DNA of 64,000 nt, taken from contig CM052817.1 of NCBI GenBank assembly GCA_028534125.1, positions 73,534,001-73,598,000 of the forward strand, read 5' to 3'. Made by a program: the position numbers and the translations under genes. The notes under the pieces were generated by a model. That model was not told where the DNA came from. It was given only the letters and a program-made list of their open reading frames with translations, and did not search any database. Positions 51,001-64,000 of the stretch are shown piece by piece; the first letter of the stretch is position 1, and every line of letters starts with the position of its first letter. Source of the DNA: Lama glama. Its lineage: Eukaryota.

Positions 51001-51526
51001 AGAGGACACAGGGTGCTTTCTCTTGCTCAGTGCTGGGCCGCTTCTGAGGATAAAAAGTGTCTTGGGAATAGATTTGGAATTTTCAGCATTTGGTTGTATG
51101 TGTCCTTTGTAAAATAATCCACAGTAACTCAGCATGATAAATCAATTTTGGAAATGCCTCATTGGATATTTAAAAAATGTTTTTCTTTTATGAAGGAGGT
51201 GTGTTTTTCTAATTTCCATTCTATCTTCATAAATGAGGCCAAAGTTATTGGTAGATTTCGTGTTTTTGAAGGCCCTGTTGTTGGAAAGATCACACACACA
51301 CACTATTATGCTTGTGGTATACATAATATGGCAGCACTTTGGTCTGAAAATTAGGCAGGAGAGCAAATAACATCATAATGCACACATGGTGAAGAATTAA
51401 AAATTCAAAAGAATTGACGAAAATGTGGAACCTCTAGAGAGGCTCACTTTTGTCTTTCACTTTTATTTTGCCTGGCTTCTCATTTTGAGGGAACTGCGCT
51501 GTGTAATCCTGACTTGAATTTCTTGA

Positions 51527-51636
51527 GCGGTGTGGGAATAGCTTAAGTGGTAGAACACGAGGTCCTGGGTTCAATCCCCAGTACCTCCTCTAAAAATAAA
51601 TTAATAAATAAACCTAATCACTTCCCCCACGAAAAA
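51527..51636 (+). mobile_element. tRNA-derived SINE, camelid Vic-1-like, internally shortened
   Basis: A box TAGCTTAAGTGG, B box GGTTCAATCC, tail aaataaacctaatcacttccccc plus A-rich end. TSD gaatttcttga / gaatttctcga (51516-51526, 51637-51647). Confidence 0.8.
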
Positions 51637-51868
51637 GAATTTCTCGATAGCAGGAAGATTGTGTACTTTTTAAAAATGATAGTAAGTGCTTTCAGAGAAG
51701 AGTTTGGTGTAATGTGAATTAGTTTAATCTCTGATACACCAACCCCTTAAAAATTGCTCCCTCTGTTACAAAAAGAATACTTTTCATAGAAAATTTCAAA
51801 CATAAAGATAAGCTTCCAAAAGAAAAAAATCCCTACTTCTGCCAAATTGTTAATATTGGGTATTTTTC

Positions 51869-52121
51869 TTTTCTTTTTTTTTTTTTTAAGTGAAAGCAGG
51901 TTTATTTAGAGACATACACACTCCATGGACGGAGTGCAGTCTGTCTCACTCAGAAGGGAAAATGGCTTAGGAGATATACACTCCATAGGCAGAATGTGGG
52001 CCATATCAGAAAGGTGAGAGGGAGAGAAATCGAGAGGTGTGGGGTGTTTAAAGTAGATACATACTCCATAGACAGAGTGCAGGGCCTCTCAGAATGTGAG
52101 CACTGCAGAGCGAGAGCAACC
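51869..52121 (-). mobile_element. Polyadenylated retroposed LTR-like (R region) fragment
   Basis: On minus, AATAAA lies 13 nt before a poly(A) tail. Three internal ~28-bp repeats. tattttt(t)c on both flanks. Confidence 0.6.
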
Positions 52122-52159
52122 TATTTTTTCATTTTTTAATGCACACATATTTACAAAAA

Positions 52160-52530
52160 CTCATTTGTTCAGTCATTCATTTGTTCAACAAATATATACT
52201 GAGCCCAGACTCGGTGCCTGATGTGAGATGCTGGAAACACTGCAGTGAACGAGGCCAGTAAGGTCCCCGTCCTCTTGGAGCTAGTTGAGGGGAGACAGTC
52301 ACTGGATTTGAAGCAAAGAAACAAATGAGGTCACCAGTGGTTGTAATAAGTGTTGTGAAGGAAATAAACCACATGTGTGATGGAGAGTAACTTCAGGGAT
52401 CCTTTTTAGACACGGTAGTTGGGAACCAACCCTAGGAGGAGATTTATAAAGTCCAGACCTGAAGGATGAGAAGAAGTAAGTCACATAAAAGTCAGGGAAA
52501 GAGTATTTCAGGTAGCGAGAACACCACATA
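52160..52530 (-). mobile_element. L2 3' end
   Basis: cattcatttgttcaacaaatatatactgag, the reverse of the L2 terminus. Confidence 0.8.
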
Positions 52531-54182
52531 TATCACAGGTTTTTTCCTGACTTATTTCACTGGATAGAAAGGTCCACAATTCTTTATATAGAATGCAGAT
52601 TTTTTTTTTAAACTTTTGAAACGTCATATGTTAAATTCATGTACTAGGAAACATTTTCAGCAGTTTCTGGGACAGCACCCTGTAATCAAATGCATGAATA
52701 TTTCTGCAGTGAAGCATAAGAATAATCACACTGTGTGAGATAAATAAAGCTTCGGAATAGTCTCCCTTCCCATTAGGTTTTGGTGTCAAATGAGTTCTGG
52801 TCAGATCAGGTTTTTCTGCCAACTAAGTTATATATAAACTTTTGGTGTTTTGTACTTTTTGGGTTTCAAATGATAGGTAAGGGGATTGTGGAGCAGTATT
52901 TCATGATACAAACCATTGTAATTACTTTAGTTAATACCATGTTTTTATATATTTAGACTGTTTCCACTTCAGTTATCTGTTAGACTGCTGGGATGAACGT
53001 TGCATTTGTGCGCATTAATGATTTTCTTACAATACACTGAATTGTTGTGTAAGGGATGTGCAGAAAGTTTTTGATGCAGGTTATTAATATAGATTTGATA
53101 TTTTAAAGTAATTTATTGAAATTGGAGATCTCTCTAAAGGGCTTTCTAATTCTGTACCTCAGCTGAGAGTAGTTGTTTTCATAATATCCATGGCTCAAAT
53201 TTAATAACTCTCAAAGGCAATGACAACAAAAAATGGCATATCTTTGCTTCTGGTTGTTTTTCACCTTAATTCCTTCCCACCACACTCCTCCGTTTGTAAC
53301 GGAAACTGCATATATTGAGAGATCGGATTATTCACCACGAGAATGTAGCCATTCAGGAGGGGATGAGAATGTAATTGATTTCTTTTCCATATCAAAACAG
53401 ACAGAATGATTTGGTATCTGGGCTTATAGAAAAGCACCCTTCCTTTAATTATAAAACCAAGGGTCATGTTTATAAGTTTCTGGGCTGTCACTGTCTTTTA
53501 TGAGCCTTCGTAGATGTGATCCTACATCTGACCTTCCTGATTAAGATCAGCCTGGGGATAACTCCAGATTTAGTCTTCAAGTCTTATCCTGCTTGGAATG
53601 TGACAGATCCTTTTCTTCAGAGCAATAATTCAGTCAGTCCCCCATATCAGCTCTGGTTTAGCATGTGTGATACCAAGGCCACATTTCTGCTGTGCACCCT
53701 CGTAGTTAACCATACATACCCTCACTCTGAATAGTGCCTGTGGCTTCTCAAGTGTAGTCCCAGTTCTGATGAAAGCATTAGCGTCAAAATGTAAATTGCT
53801 GCTGTTTGTTGCGAACATAATTTTATCATTATCTTTGTTAATTTAGTATGAAATATACTAACTTGTCTGAGAAGCACGTAAACTTTAACTACTACAATAT
53901 GAAATTCAAGGATTCTGCTATTATTTATATATACTCCAAGAGCCAAAGGAAATCTACAATTTTTAGCCATGTGGAATACACCTTAATATGTGTTTACTCT
54001 ATACATATAGGATGTATTCCAGACCCAGGTATATTATTTGTTAACTTACTATTCCATTGGATCTCACAGGCCTCTCATCTCTAGAGGTCTATCACTGAGA
54101 TCTGTATATTTTAGAAATTGGAATGTCATCATTATTCTTCTTGGAATAAATGAAGGGACTCCGTGGGTGTGAGTTGTGGCTG

Positions 54183-54238
54183 GTTGCTAAGAATATCTAA
54201 TCAGATTGCATTGCTATAGCAACGGTGTTGCTAGGACT
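54183..54238. promoter_or_regulatory. RFX X-box with two flanking GTTGCTA half-sites
   Basis: ATTGCTATAGCAAC at 54210-54223 (12-bp palindrome TTGCTATAGCAA), GTTGCTA at 54183 and 54228. Confidence 0.5.
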
Positions 54239-55439
54239 TTCAAGTTTCCCTGCAATCAGCTGGAATTCATAAGTGAAAGACACTGTTTATCTCAGTGGTA
54301 TTTTAAAGTGATCCTAGGTAGCATAAGGCAGGAACTCCATACTTTGGAAAGGATCTCATATTCCCAGTGAGTTGCACTCTAGTTTATGATTAGTTCAGAG
54401 TAGGTAACCTACAGTAACAGGGTGGTAATTTAGCAGCCTGTTTTGCAGAGTGTTTTGATTTCACAGATACTACCTAATTTAAGGTCATTTCCATCTGACT
54501 TTCCCAAGGGCTCACAAAGCAGTTAGACCATCAGTCATCACATGTTGATTATTTGAATGTGAAAGTATCGTTTCATGTTTCTATCACACATCAGAACACT
54601 TGAGAACTCCAAAAGTTGTATTAGTTTTTGTATTTATCTCTTTTCCAAAATGAAAAACAACTCTATTTTAAAATTATACTTATTATATATTTATTATCTA
54701 AAATACAGAAAGTTCAGCAAGCATAAAGCAGATAGTTAAAAATCTTCTGGAGCTAACTGCTTTGTACATCTCATGGTAAAAACCATGTATGTCTATAGTT
54801 GCTAAATAAAGATATATATAACATGTATGTATTTCCTTGACAGTGTTTTTTAAAGGTATCTTTACACTGGATTTTTAAACTGCTTTGACGCTGTCTTTAT
54901 GTTTGCTCTGTTGTGGTTTTAATGCTGTTTTTTCCTTCACAAGTACACTGAAACATTGAAATGGTCAGGGGTTAGTCATAAAGTTGAAATCCTCTGTGTT
55001 TGCTAAGTATCTGTTCTGTCCTGTTCCAAGAGGTATTCAAAATATTTGGTTTAAGGATTTGGTTAATCACCACCTTCATGGAGCATAAAGCCAGCATTTT
55101 TTCTTATTTTCGTCACTAAACTTTTGAGTGAGGGAAAGAGACTGTGTGACTGTTTCATTTCAACTTTGTAATGAAGAATTTGACTCAAGGTATGGAATTA
55201 TAATTAATACATATTTTAACAGACTGAGCATTGAAGCCTGGAGAGCTGGTATTATGTTGGCTGTACATGGGGTTGAGTCAGGCATGAACTATTAAGCATC
55301 ATTCTCTGTCTATTGTTTGTCATTTCATGGAGACCCATAAGTGAAAAATAAAACAGCCGATCTTTGAGGATTTCATAGGCTGGCTGTCTGGCTGATCAAA
55401 AAAGGTTGAGCTGCTTGTGGACCTAAGAGAAAATAATAA

Positions 55440-55710
55440 TAGCCAACATTTGAGAGCCAAGTATGTGCCAGGCACTGTTAATAAGAGTTTCATTATTAAC
55501 TAACTGAAGCTTTATGATACCATAGGAAGGTACTGTTTCTAATGATAACCCTATGAGTAGCCAATTGTGATTCCCATTCTACAGATAAGAACACTGAGGC
55601 AGAGTAAAGTTGAACAACTTCCCAAGGTTACATGGCTACTAAGTATCAGAGCCAGAGTTCAAACCTAGGGTCTGTTCCCGAGGCCCTCTTCTCAAACCAC
55701 TGTGCTTTGC
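55440..55710 (-). mobile_element. MIR SINE
   Basis: tatgtgccaggcactg...cccattctacagataagaacactgaggc...cccaaggttaca...ttcaaaccta. Confidence 0.85.
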
Positions 55711-56408
55711 TCTAAGGGATACTGGGTGGTAGTTTTAGGTTAAGCCATTCTATTCATGGCCCTTGATTTTATCCAGTTTTGCTAGTCCAGAAATTTGTTT
55801 TTGTTTTCTATGAGTTCACCCAGGGCTGGAGTATATTTACCCATTTGCTCACAGTGAGTAAATGTTAAACTAGTTACACAATTTACAAAGGAAGATACAA
55901 CCTTTTCAGAAACATAGACTTGTCATCTCCAGAGCACACCTCATTTTCTGTGCACAAATCTACTCAGGGAACCAAATTACAAATCAGAAAGTTCTGGTGA
56001 AAATGGAATTAGAATGAATATTTCTCAAAATACGTTTTCATTTTTGACGTATCTCATTTTATTTCATTCTAAGAATATCTTACTGGCAAAGGAAAAAAAA
56101 GGTCACCTAAGATCAAAACACTTTCTCTTCATGTTAGTACTGAATAAAAGCTACTCAGTGGTATTAATTGGTTCTTATTCATGCATTTAGCTCACCTTCT
56201 GTAATGATAAATGACAATTCACTTCATTTGCTGACCAGCTTCAAGAGGTTAAGGTAATATGGCAAAGTGGTTTAGGACCAGGGCTTTTGCAGGCCAGCAA
56301 ACTAGGTTCAGTCCTGACTTTGCCACTTAATAGCTATGTGCCTTTGGGGAAAATACTTCTCTAAGCCTCAGTTTTCTCATCTTTATAAATGGAAATAAGA
56401 AGTAACTC

Positions 56409-56781
56409 TGCTACAGATTGCATGTGTCTTTCCCTGCCAACCCCCACCTGCATTCATATGTTGAAAACCTAATGCCCAAGGTGATGGTATTAGGGGGTGG
56501 GACGTGTGGGGATGATTAGGTCATGAAAGTGGAGCCCTCCCCCATGAGTGGGATTAGCCTTTGTAAAAGAGACCCCAGGGAGCTGCCTGCCTCTCTGCCA
56601 TGTGCACGTACAACGAGAGCTCAGCAGTCTGCAGATCCAAAGAGGGCCTTTACCAGAACCTGGCCATGCTGCCCTCTGATCTTAGCCTTCAACTCCTAGG
56701 ACTAGGAGACATAAATTTCTGTTGTTTATAAGCCACTTAGTCTACAGAATTTTACTCTAGCAGCCTGGATGGACTAAGACA
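56409..56781 (+). mobile_element. MLT1A-like MaLR solo LTR inserted in a MIR (~56260-56860)
   Basis: tgcta...ttcatatgttgaaaacctaa...ataaatttctgttgtttataagccac...gactaagaca. Confidence 0.88.
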
Positions 56782-57953
56782 GTCTCTTAAAGTTGCTATA
56801 AAGATTAAGTGAGAAAATGTACATAAAGTACTTACTACTTAGTCACACAGAGCTCTTAATACATAGAGGCCAATAATCTTGACATATGGATTGGGATTTA
56901 GGAGATATCATTTCTGTAAATAGGGATCATATAAAATTTTATCTATTGTTTATGGAACAGGTTGAAAGAGATTTTAGGAATAGCCCTGGCATCCAAAAGC
57001 ATATGACTTTTGGCAAATCCCTAACCTCTTTTAGGCCTTAATTTCCTTCTTTCTTTGAGAAGGATATAATATACTAATTTTCAAGGTTGTGATAAAGTTT
57101 AGGGATAACAGAGAACAGACTTGGCTCAGAGCCCTAAATAAATGGGAGTGACTTTTTAAAAATAGTGTAACTAGCTGAAATCTCAGAGGGTCTTCACTTT
57201 CCTGATCATACGCCCAAGCTTTGAGAGCTTCTAACCTGTAGTCCTCTATGCACTATTTACTGCATTTTCAATTGTTGAACTAAATGTTATGCTTTAATAT
57301 GTTCATGAGGTCATTCATGATACTGGTTTATTAGTTTCTCTTTTTGCTTCCTGCAGTCTTGTTGCCCTTAGTTCTACTTCATGAATAATGGTAAATATGT
57401 GGGTTGTTGGATCATATTGAATCATGCTCCATTTTCCACGCAAACTATATGGTCTAGTGATTTTTGTTATGGAGGGTCCCATTTCACAAAAGGAATTTAG
57501 AAGTACCGTAAAAACCTGACAGATTTTGAATTCCCAGTTGGGTATATACTTTTGGGTCCCTTGTTTTTTTTACTATCATGGATTTTTGCTCATTTATTTC
57601 CTAGAGAGTTGAAGATAATTCAGCATAGATTTCAAAGTTTTTGCTCAAGGTTTGAGGAATAACATCTTGTACATTTGGGGAGACAAGCAAATCATTAATA
57701 AGAAGGTAATGATATGGTCTTTAAAAGTCAATATTAGCAGAACACACATACAAATTTTTTCAGAAAAAAATGTAGAAGCATTCAAGAGAATTATCATAGA
57801 AAATTCTCCTCACATGGCTTTGTTTTTTTTCAAATTTCCTAGTAGATGGCAGATTTCTGGTCATTAAGGGCATTTAGGGAGTGCTCAGGGGGCCTTAGAG
57901 AGATAGAAGCCTCATATATTGTGTGACCCATAGAATCTTTCATGTGCATTTTT

Positions 57954-58155
57954 TAAACTTTATTTATGTATTTATTTTAAAATATCGTTTTTCAAGTTGA
58001 AGTATAGTTGTACAATATTATATGTTACAGGTATACAACACAGTGATTCACAATTTTAAAAGATTATACCATTTATAGTTATTATAAAACATTGGCTATA
58101 TCCCCCCTGTTGTACAACACATCCTTGTAGTTTATTTTATATCTGATTGTTTGTG
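57954..58155 (-). mobile_element. Short L1 3' end
   Basis: Perfect 14-bp TSD TCATGTGCATTTTT (57940-57953, 58156-58169) around ttgaagtatagttgtacaatatta. Confidence 0.9.
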
Positions 58156-60605
58156 TCATGTGCATTTTTAATGTCCAGGAAGCACAAACTCTTGTGTGTT
58201 CTTTATGCACCAAGTTTCTGCTCAGCAACTCACAGTTCCTGTGTTAGACAGTGATGCATGACAGTTTGGGGGAAATGACACATTGTCATGTTGTGTCTGA
58301 CAGCCATCCTTTCCATTTTCAGAGCTCTTACCATCTCTTCTCTGCTCCAGATGCTCTTCCCTAGGTCTCCTCTTCTTCTCTGGACTGCCATCTCAGCCCT
58401 GCAAAAGGCCAAAATACGAATGAAGGCATTAACAGCTAATGTGATACCTTGCCACCCCCTACTCAACCCCGGGGCTCTTATGTTAAGAGCCATGATCCAT
58501 CTCCCCCACCACAGGGTTTGTGCTCCTTAAAAGGGCTGCCATCAAGACCCAAAGGAATGAAAAATTTTACAGTAGGAAAATGGGTCCAAGGTAGCAGTGC
58601 GGAAAGGAAGCTTAATGCCGGTTCTATGGAGACCACCTATACATTCTGCTGGAGGGGCTGTAGAGAGGTAGTGAGGGCGGGAAGATGGGAAGAGCCTTAC
58701 CCTGCTGAGTCTCAGTCTCTGAGGGACAGGGGAGAGCGGGTTGCCCCTGATGGCCCTACCTCACAACAACCTGGAGGGCTGGGGGGGTGGAGGGGGCACA
58801 TCTCCATCCCCCAGCCTGACTCCTCTCTCCAGCAGGCGAAGGGGAATTAGCATGAGATTCTTTACTATCCCCATCCTTTCTAATCAAGTATGTTCTCAGA
58901 AAGGTGGCAGACCACTTCTGAAAATTTTCTGGGCACCTGGAGTAAATAAACAGCTCTTAATTTTGAATTTCAAAGTGTCTCACAAAGCTTTGTAGCTGAT
59001 TTTTGACCTCTATGTATGCTACTGAATTTTCTTTTGCAAGGGTTTAGTTTCCCGTTTCGTTTAGGTAAATATTAAACTTATGTCATAGTCCTTGAGCACC
59101 TTATAATAGTGGACACTCTGACTTGAACAGTTTTCTATTTTGTGAACAACACTTGCAGAATATTATGGTTGATGATATAACCTCTGCAAAAAATAAAAAC
59201 AGAAAAACACAAAGGGTGAAGCCCAGTGTGCTGCATGTAGCAGTCTTTGATCTTTTTTCTTTAAAGAGAAATTTCTGCAAAACTGAAGCCTCGATGTCAG
59301 TCTATCATGAAAGAGAGAATCTCAACCAACATTGCAGAAACGAGAGCTATCACACATTTTTTGAAGACTCTGTTCAGTTAATGGACTCTCTCTTCATGAA
59401 CTATGCTGCAACTATAAATCCTTTAGAAACTCGTATTATTTGGGTTCCATCCAAACTTTGGATTTGCATCTCTCATTTACATGCAGATTTCTGCATGGAC
59501 CTTTATGTTCCAATCGTTTTAAGTGCACTTAAAAATGGATTAGAAGAACTTGGCTGGTGAGGCTGCATTTTAGCTGCAGCATGCAGTTTTTATGGAAGCC
59601 CCTATTAACTAGACAGTCTGAGCTGGTGGTATTTGATGTGAGGCGATCCATGCCAATTGCTCTGAAAAGCTCTTCCTCCCTACCTTTATTTCAGTGTCAA
59701 ATGACCCATCAGACCTGATCCTCAGATACTGAAAACATTCATTTTCTAAATAATTGGATGTGGTGGTTTTAGGGCAGAGGGCTGCTGAGGCACTCCTTCT
59801 TATGTGAATTTAATGGCTACAGAGAAGCAAAGTTCAAAGTCATACTTGGGAAAACAATGGGAATTTATCACAGTTCTCGATTATATTTCCCTTGAAAATC
59901 ACAAGATGAAATGTTTAGGATGTTTGATTTTTAAAGAGTGCTTTATTTGTCAGTCAGTCTCGATGTCCGTGTGTTTAAATTGACAAAACCAGTATTCTGT
60001 TGCCTGAGGCAGCTGACTGAAATTAATGATCTAAAACACAGGCAACTTGACAGGAAGCCATTTTACAAAGCTAGCGGTTGTGACTTGGAGAAAATTTGAA
60101 ATTAAGTCTATCTTGGAGTAAGGGCAATATTTTAAGGAATATTAGTCATTGACCACCAATCAAAACAACGGCTTACAATTAAAAACGCATGCTTTTGCTT
60201 TAGTAGCAAAATTTCTAAGGAACCATTGTGTTAAGGATCAACGTCATAGGAGTTGATCATTCTCTTAGGAGAAAAGCCTGTGTGAATGGAAGAAAAATGA
60301 AATCATTCTTTACTACGTGACAGCTCACTAGTCCAGAAACTTAGAATTTAAACAGTGCTTCCTTTAGCACTTGCTCCAAACGTGATGAGATGATTTTTCA
60401 GGGGATATCCAGGGCTAGCCAAAGCAGAACTGTAAGGATTATAGCAATATAGCATCAGCATGGTTTCCTCTCCTATCATCCCACAGAAGCATAGGCACCT
60501 GAGTCAAGGGTATGTTTCTCCAGGTTGTCCCTACCCTTGTTTCAGCCACCAATGGGCAACTGCATCCTTTTAGATCTTTCTGATGGGATAATCTGTGGGC
60601 AGCAC

Positions 60606-61230
60606 TGTTGCTGGGATTAGGTTCTTGCCTCGTTGCAGAAAGAATTCAGAGAGGAGACTCGGAGGTTGGGAAAGTAAAGTGAGGATTTATTAAGGGATGG
60701 ATAGGACACTCCCAAAGGGAGAGCTGGCAGGCTCAGGTGAGCAGCTGCCCTGAGTTTCTTTGGTAAGTTGGTTACACGGAGTGTAAAAATGAATGGATGG
60801 AATGTTCACTGGGGAGGGAAGAGTCTGGCGTCATATTCCCTGATTTTAATCCTAACTCCATCTTCCTGAAGGGAAAAGGGATTTTTGTCCCTATTTAGTC
60901 TGGATTGGAAATGTCAGGGCATCAGTGCGTGATAGGTACTTTTAGTCTGCAAGGCTAATTTTATTGAAATGAGGGCATAATGAGAAAATGTTACCATTTG
61001 GATACTGGAGATTCCTGCCTTTTCCTACCTTTCTTTGTCAGTCTCCAGGTCACCTGTCACCCCAAAATGTGTGATGGCTTATCAGCCCAGAGGTTCCTGC
61101 TTTTGTCTGTCCATGGACCCCCTGTTGTTAACTTGATGTATTGTTTCCTGCCCCTCCTTTTTGCCGAGTTCCTGCCATTTGGCCTAGTACCCATTTCTCT
61201 GCACATATCTAGCTGCCTGCTCTGATAACA
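60606..61230 (-). mobile_element. Solo LTR, ERV1 class
   Basis: TGTT...AACA termini, imperfect 4-bp TSD gcac/ccac, minus-strand AATAAA at ~60686. Confidence 0.78.
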
Positions 61231-63279
61231 CCACTCTTTTCACTTGCCCCATTTCTTTGGGATGTGAATGGATAGAACTGAGTTGCTGATTCTTGCAAGG
61301 ATATCACTTTCTTCCATTAATCCTACAATTCTCTGTGATTATTATTCTTTTCATCTAAGTAGACACATAAATCCAAGGTGTAGCTGAATTTCCTAAAACA
61401 CTGGACTTCTTCCCAAAATAACCAACTGAGGGGAACTATGTGACTTCCTTATTCTTGACCATTTATGGCAGGATTTCAAAGCTTTTTATTTAAGTAGCAA
61501 TTAAAGATGTGTGTATACATTTTTATATTTTAAGATATATGTACTTACAGATTCTGTATATTAAAAAGGTGGTTAATAACCTACTGCTGATAGGCTTAAA
61601 TTTTTTTAATATCCTAGTTTAAAATATTTTGTATTTCTCAATAATATTTGAAGTTCTCTGTCACTACACATACAGTGTGAAATAGATACACAGAAAGTGT
61701 GTTACTTTAACCACACTTGTAAATAAAGTTATGAGCATACTTTTTGTATCTATAACCTGCCCTATGTATATAAAAGTCAGTTTTTCCAAACAAAATATTT
61801 TCAGTTAAATGTTTTTATTTGATCCTGTGTAGTCTTTGATTTTTTGGACGGTAATAAATCAGGTAAAACAAAACACACAAAATATTCCAGAAAAAAAATT
61901 GTAGTTGTTTTTGATGATTGAGTAAATACAACTATTTTTGTTCATATTAATAGAATTCATTCTTTCAAAAAAATTTCATCTTGGAAAGAAATGAAAATGT
62001 ATGTTATTCATGAACACAGATTAAAAATCATTTTGAGCATTAAAATATCTTCTGTACATGAGAAAATTATAATGTTATTCAACAAAATTTCAGTACTTCT
62101 GAGAATCTGCTTTTGGATCTTTGATATGTGTTAGGGAGAAAGTTCCCATTTTTCTGTTTCCTAAAAGAGTTAGAGCACTAATTTAAAATCTGCAATAGCA
62201 AAATTATTTTTTATGATCATAAAAGTCCAGAAAAATAGTGGATGTATTCCTAAATACAACTGAATATATGTATGCTGTGGGTTTTATTTCTAAACTACAT
62301 GTAGACGAAGGCATTCTCTATCATCTAATACATATAGTGCAACGGTAGGGTTACAAACTTCAAAGGTTAGATGTTGTTAATTGTATTAATAATGTATTGG
62401 TCTTGCTATGATAACTGGGTTACTGGTTAGGCTTTCAGTGATTATATTGATACTAGCTGTGTAGAATTTTTCTATTTTAAATATTTATCATTTAAAAAAT
62501 CTATATGCAAGACATTTCCCATTTTCACTGTTTTTTTTTTTTTTTTGGTCTGTTTGTTTATGTTTTTTTGACTTCCTGAGCCAAAAAAAAAATGTTATTT
62601 TTGCTTATGAGGTAATTTTAATGATAAAATGTTTCTGGTCTTTATTCCACCAAAACACAAGAAAGGATTTTCAATGAATTTATTTGAAAAATGGAGAGAA
62701 TAACATAGCAGATCCTTTAGAGGATAGGGATATAAAATCAGGGTATTGCTTTGGGTTAGGGAAATAGAGAAAATAATGATTTTTCTTTCTTTTTACTCTT
62801 TCTGGCAGATATTCATTTATTATAAGGCAGGACCTATCACATTAATTAATAAATAATAACAGTGTGGAACACATTCTTTGGAATGCAGTTCATGGCTTCT
62901 TGCCCAGGACAGCAGAACAGCTGTTTCTGCTGAATTACTGGAATGTGAGAAGCAATGATGTAAACCCTTCAAAGCACAGAGAGTAAAGGGGATTTTTTTC
63001 CTCTTAAATCCCAATGAATAGAAGCTTTTATACCCAAAGAAGGAATTCAGAGAGCCCTGTACTCCTTGAGAATAAGATTTTTCCCCCTTGCACATCTCCA
63101 TTATTCTACCAGATCCTTAATGTAAAGTGTTTCACTGGTTTCTGGTCTCACAAGACTATTCTGTTCATCCACAAATCACTCAGAACCAGAGCACCCTATG
63201 GTCAGCCTACGGTGAACCCATAAGATCTCTGCAGGGAGAGGGTGGAGAGCAATGCCAGGCTGGGGCGTGGCCAGCAGGG

Positions 63280-64000
63280 CGTACAGTGTGGCAGAGGCTC
63301 CAGAGTTGAAGGCCTTCAGAGCAGATCCCAGTTCTGCCTCACTGTAGTGCTGGGACCTCAGTCAAGTTACTTAACACGCACAGCATGTTGCTCAACTATG
63401 CCTCAATTTTTAATCAACAGCATGAGGATAATAATAGGATTGATCTCATAGGATCCTGGATGAATATTAACAGAAACAATCTGTGTAAAGCAGAATGCTT
63501 GGTTCATGTAAACACTGAATACATGGTAGTTATTTTTATTAGGCATTTTATTCCAAAGCATTTTTCAATAGGTTTGTTGTACAAAAGGGCACATTTATGG
63601 AGTTGAATAATGTCCGTTTAAAAAATGTACTGGAATGGAAATCAAGCCAGACTGGGATCAGACACCACTAATACTTGCTGTGTGATTTACAAAAGTCATT
63701 TAACTTCTCTTAAATCTCAGTTTACTTCTCTGAAAAAAATGGATGTAGTGATGGTTTCTGTTGATTCTATGCTTATTACATTCTGGGTACTGTGCTAAGT
63801 GTTTTACATGCCTTAGGTGATTGAATCCTGCAAACAAGCTTAAGTGATAGGACCTACTATAACATTTTACAGAGGAAGAAACAGGTACAGAGAAGAATGT
63901 GATTCCACTCATTTAAATAGTACTTACTGAGCATCTATTATATGCCAAGACACTTTTTCTTGATACTGGAGATGTAGCCATGAATAACACAGACAACAGG
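63280..64000. mobile_element. Cluster of MIR copies and an L2 end
   Basis: MIR cores (cccagttctgcctcact, ctcagtttacttctctg, cattttacagaggaagaaac) and tacttactgagcatctattatatgcca. Confidence 0.7.

Noticed and set aside
51527..51590. tRNA gene
   Set aside because: A and B boxes are present, but the anticodon arm is missing and there is an A-rich tail with a TSD, so it is a SINE.
26697..58281. 14-bp match gggggaaatgacac at ~26697 and ~58268
   Set aside because: Too short and without flanking similarity, so compatible with chance.
58230..59560. ORFs of 80-145 aa, and other short ORFs in the track
   Set aside because: No recognisable domains, many have non-ATG starts or lie inside repeats, and their lengths are expected by chance.

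Overview
AT-rich mammalian non-coding DNA (intronic or intergenic). I found no convincing host exon. The host is probably a camelid, inferred from a Vic-1-like tRNA-derived SINE. Most of the window is ordinary repeat landscape: L1 3' ends, MIR, L2, MLT, MER5, MER63 and three ERV1-type solo LTRs. The stand-out is a young-looking, rearranged betaretroviral insert at about 21.3-23.84 kb with no recognisable complete LTR. Its order is [possible U3 remnant with a long hairpin] > partial tRNA-Lys3 PBS + leader > open JSRV-like gag (MA to CA, no NC) > 19-codon env-like patch > INVERTED RNaseH-end/integrase fragment > INVERTED perfect 89-bp copy of the PBS/leader ending exactly at the tRNA CCA. This resembles a panhandle (fold-back) defective genome or a captured, aborted reverse-transcription intermediate. 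It encodes an NC-less Gag fusion and carries antisense to pol and to the PBS/leader. Smaller findings are a polyadenylated retroposed LTR fragment, several local templated duplications, RFX X-boxes and a CTCF motif. Repeat family names come from recalled consensus sequences and boundaries of old repeats are approximate. No searches were run.
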